DNA of 46,300 nt from Lachnospiraceae bacterium (GTDB lineage Bacteria > Bacillota > Clostridia > Lachnospirales > Lachnospiraceae), in NCBI GenBank assembly GCA_019421365.1, contig JAHZFJ010000005.1:1-46300 (forward strand), read 5' to 3'. The notes beneath the pieces are model-generated. The model saw only the letters and a program-made list of their open reading frames with translations, was not told the DNA's origin and ran no database searches. The position numbers and the translations under genes were made by a program. Positions within the stretch are counted from its first letter, which is position 1. Each line of letters opens with the position of its first letter. This document shows, piece after piece, positions 10,799-20,453 of the stretch.

Positions 10799-10891
10799 AT
10801 TGTGCTACACCTAAATTGACAAATGAAATATAAGGGAATGAGTAAGAATTAAAGCTATTTATTGTGTTTACTAATATTTACAAAAAAATAA

Positions 10892-10920
10892 TTGAAGTGA
10901 TACTACGTACGTGATATAAT
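10892..10920 (+). promoter_or_regulatory. Near-consensus sigma-A promoter (TTGAAG-17-TATAAT) for the EPS operon. It is followed by a roughly 125-nt leader.
   Basis: Read directly. Confidence 0.55.
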
Positions 10921-11051
10921 CCCAATATTGTGAATAAAGTAATAAAGGTAATAATAAAGTATTTAATGATGGTAAATTGTCATATAGACATTTTTGACTT
11001 TTGAATTATATGGCGATCGCCCGGGAGATATATTTAATGGAGAGGAACAAT

Positions 11052-12371
11052 ATGATGATCTATGAGAATTTAATCAACAAGAAGGACAAATTAGCTATAG
11101 TAGGACTGGGATATGTGGGGATGCCTTTGGCGGTAGCTTTTGCTGAATTGGTAGAGGTTATCGGATTTGATGTTAACCGAAGAAAAATTGAGAGATATCA
11201 ACAAGGAATTGATGAAACACAGGAGATTGGAGATGAGATGATTCAATCAACCAGTGTTGATTTTACCAGTGATGAAGAAAGGTTGCAAGAAGCTAGATTT
11301 TTTATTGTAGCGGTACCAACGCCCATTAAGGAAGATAAAACACCAGAATTAGCACCTGTACAAGGGGCGTGCGAAGTGATTGGCCGTCATTTACAGTCAG
11401 GAAGTATCATTGTCTTTGAATCAACTGTATACCCTGGAGTTACGGAAGATATCTGCGTACCGATTTTGGAACAAGTGTCAGGACTTACTTGTGGGAAGGA
11501 TTTTGGGATTGGGTATTCACCAGAAAGAATTAACCCAGGCGATCAAATACATAGAGTACATAATATAGTAAAGATTGTATCAGGGATGAATGATGAGGTC
11601 TTAGAAGAAATCGCAAAGGTTTATGAATTAGTGGTAAAGGCAGGAGTACACAGAGCTCCTTCTATTAAAGTAGCCGAGGCTGCCAAACTAGTAGAGAATG
11701 CACAACGAGATATCAATATAGCATTTATGAACGAGTTAGCGGTGGTTTTTGAGCGAATGGGAATCTGTACGAATGAAGTGGTTGAGGCTATGAATACAAA
11801 ATGGAATGCTCTAGGTTTTGCCCCTGGATTAGTAGGTGGACATTGTATCGGTGTAGATCCATATTATTTTATATACGAAGCATCTAAGAAAAATTACCAT
11901 TCGCCGATTATATCTGCTGGGCGTAAGATCAATAATGATATGGGAAGTTTTATTGCAGATATTACGATTAAACATATGATTAATGCTAATAAACGTATTA
12001 AAGATTCTAAGGTATGCATACTTGGTATTAGCTTCAAAGAAAACTGTCCAGATATACGAAATACTAGAGTGATGGACATTATCATAAGATTACAAGAATT
12101 TGGTGCCCATACTATCGTGGTTGACCCCGTGGCGAATGTAGAGGACTTAAGGAATGAGTATGGTGTTGAACTTGTTTCATTAGATACGGTAAGAGATGTT
12201 GACTGTGTTATTGCTGCAGTTGCACATGAAAGATTTAGAAATATGGGAATGAATGAATACGATCGCTTGTTTAAGAAAGATAACGAAGAGAGGAATGTGT
12301 TTATTGATGTAAAGAGCATTATGAATAAAAACATAATGGAATCAAGAGGATATTCTTATTGGAGTTTATAG
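11052..12371 (+). CDS. Nucleotide-sugar dehydrogenase of the UDP-N-acetylhexosamine 6-dehydrogenase class (TviB/WbpA/WecC-like)
   Basis: Rossmann motif GLGYVGMPLA and catalytic GGHCIG motif. The ORF track starts at 11001, but the ATG at 11052 has the RBS GGAGAGGAA. Confidence 0.8.
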   Translation: MMIYENLINKKDKLAIVGLGYVGMPLAVAFAELVEVIGFDVNRRKIERYQQGIDETQEIGDEMIQSTSVDFTSDEERLQEARFFIVAVPTPIKEDKTPELAPVQGACEVIGRHLQSGSIIVFESTVYPGVTEDICVPILEQVSGLTCGKDFGIGYSPERINPGDQIHRVHNIVKIVSGMNDEVLEEIAKVYELVVKAGVHRAPSIKVAEAAKLVENAQRDINIAFMNELAVVFERMGICTNEVVEAMNTKWNALGFAPGLVGGHCIGVDPYYFIYEASKKNYHSPIISAGRKINNDMGSFIADITIKHMINANKRIKDSKVCILGISFKENCPDIRNTRVMDIIIRLQEFGAHTIVVDPVANVEDLRNEYGVELVSLDTVRDVDCVIAAVAHERFRNMGMNEYDRLFKKDNEERNVFIDVKSIMNKNIMESRGYSYWSL

Positions 12372-12380
12372 GGGAAAGAT

Positions 12381-15300
12381 ATGATGAAGAGAAAGAGAAG
12401 TTGGTTTGTGATAGCAGGAGTAATTCTGCTTGTAGTGCTAAGCTTGGTTTTAGTACTCAATATTAAGAATAAGAAAGATACACCGGCGATAAAGCAAGTT
12501 AAACAGTATGTGAAATATGATGTCGACAAGGCCTATGAATTAGCTTTAGCGGAAGTGGAAAACAATTGTGATCTTGCAAGTGTTTTAACAGATGTGAAGA
12601 CTCTAGATTATGTAATGTCTTTGAATTTTATTGGACTTTCCGATAGTATGACTAATAACGCTATTGTTGATCTATTATCATCATATGATACTAAGGCTAC
12701 ATTCTTTATCTCGGGAATTTTAGCTGCTGAAGATTCTGATCTATTGCAACGGTTAGATAAGGACGGACATAAGATAGGTAGCAATGGACTAAACGGAGAT
12801 GCATTTATGGAGAAACTTTCTTCAAAGGAGTTAGTAAATTCTTTTGTACGTACTAATGGAATAATTAATACATATGTAGATCAAAAGGAACCTATTCTCT
12901 TGTATTGTACAGCTACAGAGTATACTGATCAAGTACTACAAGCGGCATATGCTAGTGGGAATGAGGAAGTAGTAAAGAGTGAGTATGTAATCAATTACGG
13001 AAGTTTTACCTCCTATGAACAAGTGCAGGGATACATACATAAGCTTCCAAAAGGTGCAATACTCACCGTTAAACTAGAAGGAGAACTTGAAGAGATAGAA
13101 TATCAGCCTTCCGTAACAGAAGAAGATCCGGCAAAGGATATGCAAGCAAACATAGAAGAATCGGAAGTACTTGAAGGGACTAATGAAGAGAAGATTCTAC
13201 AAATTACGGAATGGATATTGCGTGCAATGAAAGAAGAGGGAAGAGAGAATGTATTATGTAAGGACTTAACTTCTTATTATGATGCATCTTTGGATCAAGA
13301 CTATAGTAATGTAATACAAAAACTAGGAGAACCAGCATTTGCATATAAATCCATACCGAATAAGACAGGCAAGGTAGGTTTTGTATTCCGCGGTATTAGT
13401 GATGAAGATCAATTAGAAATAGCATTAACATTCCTAAAGGAACAAGATTACCGAGCAACTTTCTTTGTAACAGGAGATGAGGTAATTCGGTATCCAGAGA
13501 GAATTGAAGAAATTGTCTCTAAGGGTCATGAGATTGGTAATGGTGGTATGACAGGTAAGGATATAACAGAGATGAATTCTCAGGAAACATATTTTGAAAT
13601 TATGAAATGTGATGAGTTATTAAAGGAGAAGTTAGGGGATACGGTGAAGATCTTTATGCCTGGTTATGGTAAATACAATGAAACAACAAAACAGGTTGCG
13701 GGATTATTGAATTACAACATTGTTACTTATAACAAATATCCGATTGCTAACAAGGAAGTAAGTATAGAACAAGTAGAAGAATATTTTAATTTGCCGCTTA
13801 AGTCAGGAGATATTATCTATATTCCGTTAGGTGTTAGCACTCAATTTAATGAGATACTTAATGCTTTATCAAAGAAAATTGAGGATGACAATCGTGCAGT
13901 TGATATGGTAAGTGTCTTATTGCAAAATTTTGAATTACAGACGGAAGAACAAACAGTAACGACTATAGTAACGAATAAAAATAATTCTAAGAAAGATCCG
14001 ACTGTTACGGTTGTAGATAAGAAGAAGGAGAAAGAGAAGGAAGAAGAGAAAAAGAAGCAGGAAGAAAAAGATAAAGAAATAGAAAAGGCAAAAGCAGAAG
14101 AGGAAGTAATCATTAAAGAAGCAGATAGGTTGAGAAAGCTGAATAAAGGTCGATTATCTACAGTAAATCGTTTGGTTCACACGACAGATTTGGTAGTTGG
14201 ATACGGTTTTTCAGGTGTCAGCCGCGGTGATGTTGTTAATAAAGTGTTAGCAAAATTGAAAGAATTAAATATACATGCGACATTTTTTGTTTCTATAAAA
14301 GATATCAATAATTCTAAGAAAACCATCGACAAGATCGTGAAAGAAGGGCATGAACTACAGATTCTTTTACTAGATTCTAATGGAACGACATACACAGAAG
14401 TAGCAACGACTATTTTAAAAGTTAAAGATTTCATATATGAGACTTATAATCAAGATTCCACACTAGTAAGATATGCGTATGATGTTGACTATCAGAAAGA
14501 GGCTTTGGAAGCAATTTCAGCTACTTCTTGTAAAGTAATTGGTCAAAGTGCTTCTATTGCAACCTCAAAAGTAAGTAAAGATGCTACTGTAAATGAAATC
14601 ATGGACGCCACCTCTCATGAAGGTCTTTTGGTTGCAACAAGAGGATATATCGCATATTTTCGTATGGATTATTATGATAGTCCAACTGTAATTGCTAAGG
14701 TTATGGAGAAGATAAAGAAAGAAAAAGTAGACACCATTGGTTTCGTTGATGGAGGTACTAAGAGGGATGGATATCAATTTAAAACATTAAGTGAGATTAC
14801 ATCAGGTGAGGGAGTCTATCAATATCCACTTAAGGAATCATCTATATTAAAGGAAACAAAAGGTAAGATCGGTAAAGGTAGATTGGCTTCTGAAAATCTA
14901 TTTGAGTATATAGCCAAACGTTATGTTGGAAGTGATACGACTAAAACAATTTACTCACTGCCAGGATTTACAGAGGAAGAGATTGAGAAGCTTGATAAGA
15001 CAGGAAGGTTTACTGCTGATAAGGTACTCTTCTTAAGTTTTGATGACTGGGGTAGCGATGCTGCTATTACGAAGTTATTATATGTCTTAGATAAATATAA
15101 TGTAAAAGCGACCTTCTTTATACGAACGAATTATGTATTAGAGAATCCAAATCTTCTTCGTGCAATAGCACTTGCGGGACACGATGTTGCAAGTCATACC
15201 AATTCTCATATGGTATTAGCAAATACCACAGATGAGGCAGGGGTATATAGCAATCTTGACGATAAACAGGCAAATGATTTACAAGATGATTTTATTCTAT

Positions 15301-15707
15301 CGTACGATATCTTACAAGGCATCATTGGTGACATTCAGATTGACAATAGACCTTCGTTACAGACATATATGCGTCCACCGACGCTAGCGGTTAGTAAGAC
15401 GGGGCTTGAAGCAATCTTTGATGCAGGTGCTACAGGGGCTATATCAGGTGATTTCTCTACCCATGATTATGAAGCGAAGAGTGTTGTAGAGGTAGTCGAT
15501 AAGATGAAGAATGGTATTGTAATGAGTAATGATGAGATAAAGGTGATTCAAAATGGAAGTATCATAGTTATGCATATGTCAGATGAGGCAAAATATACAG
15601 CAGAGGCACTTGATGAAGTAATTCCATATTACTTATCAAAGGGGTATCATTTTGCACGAATAAGTGACTATTTAAGCAATGGAGAGTTGATTTCTAGTAA
15701 GGAGTAA
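12381..15707 (+). CDS. Membrane-anchored protein with four tandem CE4 (NodB-homology) polysaccharide deacetylase domains. Only domain 4 is catalytically intact. There is a KE-rich linker.
   Basis: Four ..ATFF(I/V).. NodB-type repeats. Domain 4 has SFDDWG and HDVASHTNSH (TFDDG and HTxxH motifs). Domains 1-3 keep GHxIG but lack the Asp-Asp and HTxxH motifs. Confidence 0.75.
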   Translation: MMKRKRSWFVIAGVILLVVLSLVLVLNIKNKKDTPAIKQVKQYVKYDVDKAYELALAEVENNCDLASVLTDVKTLDYVMSLNFIGLSDSMTNNAIVDLLSSYDTKATFFISGILAAEDSDLLQRLDKDGHKIGSNGLNGDAFMEKLSSKELVNSFVRTNGIINTYVDQKEPILLYCTATEYTDQVLQAAYASGNEEVVKSEYVINYGSFTSYEQVQGYIHKLPKGAILTVKLEGELEEIEYQPSVTEEDPAKDMQANIEESEVLEGTNEEKILQITEWILRAMKEEGRENVLCKDLTSYYDASLDQDYSNVIQKLGEPAFAYKSIPNKTGKVGFVFRGISDEDQLEIALTFLKEQDYRATFFVTGDEVIRYPERIEEIVSKGHEIGNGGMTGKDITEMNSQETYFEIMKCDELLKEKLGDTVKIFMPGYGKYNETTKQVAGLLNYNIVTYNKYPIANKEVSIEQVEEYFNLPLKSGDIIYIPLGVSTQFNEILNALSKKIEDDNRAVDMVSVLLQNFELQTEEQTVTTIVTNKNNSKKDPTVTVVDKKKEKEKEEEKKKQEEKDKEIEKAKAEEEVIIKEADRLRKLNKGRLSTVNRLVHTTDLVVGYGFSGVSRGDVVNKVLAKLKELNIHATFFVSIKDINNSKKTIDKIVKEGHELQILLLDSNGTTYTEVATTILKVKDFIYETYNQDSTLVRYAYDVDYQKEALEAISATSCKVIGQSASIATSKVSKDATVNEIMDATSHEGLLVATRGYIAYFRMDYYDSPTVIAKVMEKIKKEKVDTIGFVDGGTKRDGYQFKTLSEITSGEGVYQYPLKESSILKETKGKIGKGRLASENLFEYIAKRYVGSDTTKTIYSLPGFTEEEIEKLDKTGRFTADKVLFLSFDDWGSDAAITKLLYVLDKYNVKATFFIRTNYVLENPNLLRAIALAGHDVASHTNSHMVLANTTDEAGVYSNLDDKQANDLQDDFILSYDILQGIIGDIQIDNRPSLQTYMRPPTLAVSKTGLEAIFDAGATGAISGDFSTHDYEAKSVVEVVDKMKNGIVMSNDEIKVIQNGSIIVMHMSDEAKYTAEALDEVIPYYLSKGYHFARISDYLSNGELISSKE

Positions 15708-15709
15708 AG

Positions 15710-17512
15710 ATGATTAAGATAAAAAGAAAGAAAAATGTGCAAGATATCTTACTGGAACATAAAAAGGACAGAAGGTTATTACCCAATGTCCCTGATGCTA
15801 AGAAAATGCGTTCGGGGCAAGAGAGAAGAGGTAGTAGTGTAGAACACTTTGATCCAATTAGTAGAACGAGGTACCTGGTGCAGTATCCGGTTATGATTAT
15901 TTGCCGGCGAGGAATTGAGAAAAAGAGAATTAATGCAAGCGCAATTGATATTTCTACCAGTGGTATTTTAATTAAGGTGGAGCAAGAAGAGGATATTAGA
16001 ACATTAGAAGATTCTGGAAGTGCAACTTTGCGCTTCCAAGTGGTTCCAGGTACGATGCCAGAAGGCTTAGAGATGAAGATGCGAATTAAAGCGGATTTTG
16101 TTCGTAAGGTAGAACAAGAAGATGAAATGCTAGTAGCTATGAAGTTTCGTAAGGACTTAAAGCAAAAGGCGAAAGAAAAAAGAGGTAATTATGCTTTAGT
16201 ATCGTCTTGTATCCTACTAATATTTATTACGTTGTTTATTATGTTAATGAGAGCGGAAAGTATCCTTTATTTCAAGTTTAATAAGTGGTTATACTTGTAT
16301 AGTATTATTACAGCGGTTTTCTTGCTAACGAGATATCTGTTTGGATCATTTTATCGTCCTGTTAAAGTAGATCCTGAATATACACCATCTGTTACCATTA
16401 TTATTCCTTGTTTTAATGAGGAAATATGGATTCAACAGACCATACTTAGTTGTATGAATCAGAATTATCCGATGGATAAGTTAGAAGTAATAGTTGTTGA
16501 TGATCATTCAAGTGATGGATCGGTTGAGAAGATTAAGGAAATAACAGAACGTCTTTTTCGTGAGGGAGAAGAATATGATATTCCTAACCGATTACGATAT
16601 TTTGTACAGGAACGCAATGGAGGGAAAAGAGAGGCGCTTACAAGAGGAACATTAGAAGCAAAACATGATCTTGTAGTATTCGTTGACTCAGATAGTTTCC
16701 TTGATTCTGATGCGATTAGGAATCTAGTGCAACCATTCAAAGATCCTAAGATGGGAGGCGTCACTGGTCGTACGGATGTAGCTAATACATATACGAATGT
16801 ACTGACTAAGATGCAATCTGTAAGGTATTATATAGCATTTCGAATTATGAAAGCAGCTGAAGGATATTTTGATGCGGTGACTTGTTTATCAGGTCCACTT
16901 GCTTGCTATCGTAAGGAACTTGTAGTGAAGAATATTGATAAATGGTTAAGTCAAAGCTTTTTGGGACAGAAAGCAACTTTTGGAGATGATCGTGCTATGA
17001 CGAATTTCATACTCAAGGGGTATCGAACGGGATATCAAGATACTGCCGTATGTTCAACTGTTGTGCCCAATAGATATAAGGTTTTTCTTAAGCAGCAGAT
17101 GAGATGGAAGCGTTCTTGGCTTAGGGAATCTCTCATGGCTTCAAGATTCATGTGGAGAAAGGAACCCTTTGCTTCCGTTAGCTTTTATATGGGATTATTA
17201 GTTCCTGTCGCAGCACCAGTGGTGGTTGTTTATAATTTAATAATCGCACCAATTAGGTTTGGAATCTTTCCTACTACATTTTTAGTTGGTATGCTTATGA
17301 TGGCAATGATGATGAGTGTGGTACAGCTCTTATTACGTAAAAGTACCACTTGGATCTTTGGATTAGTATTTTGTTTGTTTTATGAAGGGGTACTATTATG
17401 GCAGATGCCAATAGCGTGGGTAACCTTTTGGAAATCAACATGGGGAACGCGTATGACACCAAATGATATTAGGGTGCAAGAAAAAAGAGAAAGTAGGAAG
17501 AAAATAGTGTGA
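15710..17512 (+). CDS. PilZ-domain fused to a processive GT2 synthase of the hyaluronan-synthase/NodC/chitin-synthase type
   Basis: N-terminal DISTSG (DxSxxG) PilZ motif with upstream Arg cluster; TM segments; DDHSSDGS, FVDSDS, GDDRAMTN and QQMRWKRSW (QxxRW) motifs. Confidence 0.75.
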   Translation: MIKIKRKKNVQDILLEHKKDRRLLPNVPDAKKMRSGQERRGSSVEHFDPISRTRYLVQYPVMIICRRGIEKKRINASAIDISTSGILIKVEQEEDIRTLEDSGSATLRFQVVPGTMPEGLEMKMRIKADFVRKVEQEDEMLVAMKFRKDLKQKAKEKRGNYALVSSCILLIFITLFIMLMRAESILYFKFNKWLYLYSIITAVFLLTRYLFGSFYRPVKVDPEYTPSVTIIIPCFNEEIWIQQTILSCMNQNYPMDKLEVIVVDDHSSDGSVEKIKEITERLFREGEEYDIPNRLRYFVQERNGGKREALTRGTLEAKHDLVVFVDSDSFLDSDAIRNLVQPFKDPKMGGVTGRTDVANTYTNVLTKMQSVRYYIAFRIMKAAEGYFDAVTCLSGPLACYRKELVVKNIDKWLSQSFLGQKATFGDDRAMTNFILKGYRTGYQDTAVCSTVVPNRYKVFLKQQMRWKRSWLRESLMASRFMWRKEPFASVSFYMGLLVPVAAPVVVVYNLIIAPIRFGIFPTTFLVGMLMMAMMMSVVQLLLRKSTTWIFGLVFCLFYEGVLLWQMPIAWVTFWKSTWGTRMTPNDIRVQEKRESRKKIV

Positions 17513-19254
17513 AAGATATGAGTAATATAGATGAAAATAAGAAGGATATAGAAAAAAGCAAAAAAGAAAAAGGTAGAAAAGTTATAAGTAAGAAAGACAT
17601 TAAAAAAACAATCTGTGGAACGTTTCAAGGAATTATATTACTTCTACTAGTTTTTCTGTTATTGCGTGCATGGTTAACTACAAACTCTTATGCTCCATAT
17701 GACGATGCAGATATACAAACAAAAGATTCAGGATTTATAGCTTTATCATACTTTGGAGTTAGTAGAATTGGCGATGATGTAACTATAACAACAAAGAGAT
17801 TTGAAGAGCATATAAAAGCCCTTAAGGAAAACGGTTACGTAACCATAACACAACAAGACATATTAGATTATTATCTTAATGGAAAAAAACTACCTGAGAA
17901 GGCTCTTTTCCTAATGTTTGAAGATGGATACGCAGGAACTGCAATATTTGCAGGAAAACTGATGCAGAAATACAACCTGAAAGCAACTATGCTTACATAT
18001 GGTGATAAACTAGCAATAAAGGATCCTAAATTCCTAACACCAAAAGACCTTAAACAATTAGAAAAGGAGACGTACTGGGAGATTGGAACGAATGGATATC
18101 GGTTATCCTATATTAACGTGTTTGACAAAGAAGATAATTATCTAGGAGAGTTATCATCTTATGAGTTCGTCGAAGTTAGAAATGAACTGAACAGAAAGTA
18201 TAATCACTATCTGATGGATTATATACGCGATGAGTACGGAGTTCCAAAAGAAACGTATCAGCAGATGAAGAATCGTATAATAACAGATTATCAATTACTA
18301 GAAGACAGTTATACCGAAGGGATTAATTATGTACCTAAATTACATGTACTGATGCATGCTAATACAGAGATGTATGGAAACAATCAAAGAGTAAGTGATG
18401 TTAATGAAGAGATGATTAAAGATATGTTTGCAATGAATTTTAACCGAGAGGGATTCAGTGTAAACAATGAGGAATGTAATCTCTATGATTTAACAAGAAT
18501 GCAACCACAAGCATATTGGTCACCAAATCACTTATTAATGCGAATATGGGATGATACCAAACAAGATGTTACCTTTGAGGTTGGAGATAAGGAAGAGAGT
18601 AAACAATTTGAATCTTTAAAAGGTGCTACACAGTTTGCAGAGGAATCTATAACCATTACATCACTTCCTAGTGATTCAGGTTTAATTAAATTAAAGGACA
18701 GTGAGGATTATCAGGATGTTCAATTAGACGTAACCGTTAGTGGTAATGTCTTAGGAGGACAGGGGATATATCTTCGTGCAGATGAGACCTTGCAAAATTA
18801 TGTTAAGGTACAACTAATCAACAACGAGTTAAGAATTATTGAATGCGTAGAGGGTGTAGAATCTATCATAAAGAGCGAGAATCTAGAAAGTTTAGAGGAT
18901 ATCGATACGTCTAATATTCAACTATTCACTTCGGCAAAACGGCAACTTAAGATTGGATTGAAGGACGATGCTATTACGGTTTCAGTTAATGGGAAAGACT
19001 TTAGTCCAGAAGGTACTTTACAACAAGTGAAACCAGGATCTTTGCTGTTAGAATCCGTATGTGATGAAGAAGCATATAGCCAAAGAAATCTGTATGATGA
19101 TGTATATGACGGTGTATTTGAAAAACTTGTTGTCTCTTTAAGTGATTCGGAAGAGATCTTATATGATAATCAACTTCATGGCCTTAATAAAGTATGGAGT
19201 AGTATAAAGACAGAGTGGAGTAATATATTAAACTGGTTTGTAGAGAATCTATAA
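17509..19254 (+). CDS. Membrane-anchored protein with a degenerate CE4/PgaB-like deacetylase-like N-domain and a beta-rich C-domain
   Basis: GTG start 8 nt after AGGAAG; TM; LMFEDGYAGT resembles TFDDG; no HTxxH motif. Confidence 0.45.
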   Translation: MKDMSNIDENKKDIEKSKKEKGRKVISKKDIKKTICGTFQGIILLLLVFLLLRAWLTTNSYAPYDDADIQTKDSGFIALSYFGVSRIGDDVTITTKRFEEHIKALKENGYVTITQQDILDYYLNGKKLPEKALFLMFEDGYAGTAIFAGKLMQKYNLKATMLTYGDKLAIKDPKFLTPKDLKQLEKETYWEIGTNGYRLSYINVFDKEDNYLGELSSYEFVEVRNELNRKYNHYLMDYIRDEYGVPKETYQQMKNRIITDYQLLEDSYTEGINYVPKLHVLMHANTEMYGNNQRVSDVNEEMIKDMFAMNFNREGFSVNNEECNLYDLTRMQPQAYWSPNHLLMRIWDDTKQDVTFEVGDKEESKQFESLKGATQFAEESITITSLPSDSGLIKLKDSEDYQDVQLDVTVSGNVLGGQGIYLRADETLQNYVKVQLINNELRIIECVEGVESIIKSENLESLEDIDTSNIQLFTSAKRQLKIGLKDDAITVSVNGKDFSPEGTLQQVKPGSLLLESVCDEEAYSQRNLYDDVYDGVFEKLVVSLSDSEEILYDNQLHGLNKVWSSIKTEWSNILNWFVENL

Positions 19255-19266
19255 TTGGAGGAATAC

Positions 19267-20388
19267 ATGAAAAAGAAGTGCATGAATAGGAAATGCATGA
19301 TAAAAGTACATCGATTATATCTAGTAGCAATGATAGTGTTGTGCTTGCTTAGTTTAGCTAGCTGCGATAGGGTGAAAGAACAACAGAATACGAAAATAGA
19401 GAATGCAGAAGATGACAATACGAATATGCAAGAACCTCAAGCTAATTCTTCCTTAGAAGATGATATTGAAGAAGAGAATAAAGTAAGTGTTTGGGTAACT
19501 TATTGGGATACAGAGGGACTAATAGAAGAACTGAGTGTGTGGGAACCATACATCAAACAAATAAATTATTTTGCTGCCTATTTTAAGAAAGATGGAAGTC
19601 TGTTTGTGCCAAAACAAACGAAAGAAAGTAAGGAATCCATAAACAGACTTCTTGATGGTAGTAAGCTATTCGAATATCTTACTATTGTAAATGATCAAGA
19701 ATTAGAAGATGGAACGTCAGCCTTAAAGAGTACCGAGTTATTATATTCCTTATTCGAATCAGAAGAAACCATGATAAAGCATATTAATGATATTCTTCAA
19801 GTCACTTTAGACGGTGGTTATGATGGAATAGAAATCGACTATGAGGCAATTCGTGATGATAGGGCCTTATGGGATAAGTATCTAGTTTTCCTTAATTCAC
19901 TAACAAAGGTAGCAAAGGATAATAATCTTTCCCTTCGTGTGTTGTTAGAACCTTCGACTCCAGTTGACGACATTCAATTTCCTGAAGGAATTGAATATAT
20001 AATGATGTGCTACAATCTATATGGCTATGGAACCGAACCAGGGCCAAAGGCGAATAGAGACTTTCTAATCGAAATGGTAGAAAAGATGAAGAAAGTCTCT
20101 ATTCGTCGAGGTTATGCACTTGCTACGGGAGGATTTGATTTTTCCTCTGATGGTAAAACAACAGCAGTAACAATGGTCGAAGCAATGGACCTACAATCAA
20201 CTGAGGCAAATGATAGCTACCGTGACGAACAGAGTCAGTGTGTGGTTTTTACCTATACGAAGCAGAACATGACCCATGAAGTATGGTATGCCGATGAGGA
20301 GACACTTAAATATTGGACTACAGTAATAAATGAAGAAGGAGAGAAAAACATCTCCATATGGCGACTAGGTGGAACTATTCGCAATTAA
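19267..20388 (+). CDS. GH18-like glycoside hydrolase lipoprotein (chitinase-like fold)
   Basis: Lipobox LSLASC; YDGIEIDYE matches the GH18 DxxDxDxE region with Glu in place of the second Asp; start ATG 19267 after GGAGGAA (ORF track 19255). Confidence 0.55.
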   Translation: MKKKCMNRKCMIKVHRLYLVAMIVLCLLSLASCDRVKEQQNTKIENAEDDNTNMQEPQANSSLEDDIEEENKVSVWVTYWDTEGLIEELSVWEPYIKQINYFAAYFKKDGSLFVPKQTKESKESINRLLDGSKLFEYLTIVNDQELEDGTSALKSTELLYSLFESEETMIKHINDILQVTLDGGYDGIEIDYEAIRDDRALWDKYLVFLNSLTKVAKDNNLSLRVLLEPSTPVDDIQFPEGIEYIMMCYNLYGYGTEPGPKANRDFLIEMVEKMKKVSIRRGYALATGGFDFSSDGKTTAVTMVEAMDLQSTEANDSYRDEQSQCVVFTYTKQNMTHEVWYADEETLKYWTTVINEEGEKNISIWRLGGTIRN

Positions 20389-20453
20389 ATTATCTTTCTG
20401 AGTATATTTATAATTAAATCATGTATTCTATAGTTTATATCAGTATATAGGTG

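Noticed and set aside
10921-11051. Possible c-di-GMP riboswitch in the roughly 125-nt leader of the EPS operon
   Set aside because: By eye I find no GEMM-like conserved helices or a GGCAAACC-type motif. Only a short GGCGATCGCC palindrome is present. A covariance-model scan would be needed to settle it.
11001-11051. Upstream ATG (11001) for the dehydrogenase given by the ORF track
   Set aside because: ATG 11052 has a good RBS (GGAGAGGAA) and begins directly before the Rossmann motif. The 17 extra residues (MNYMAIAREIYLMERNN) lack an RBS.
13841-14113. Antisense 90-aa Ser/Phe-rich ORF opposite the KE-rich linker
   Set aside because: It is a complement-strand artefact of the GAA/AAG-rich linker coding sequence.
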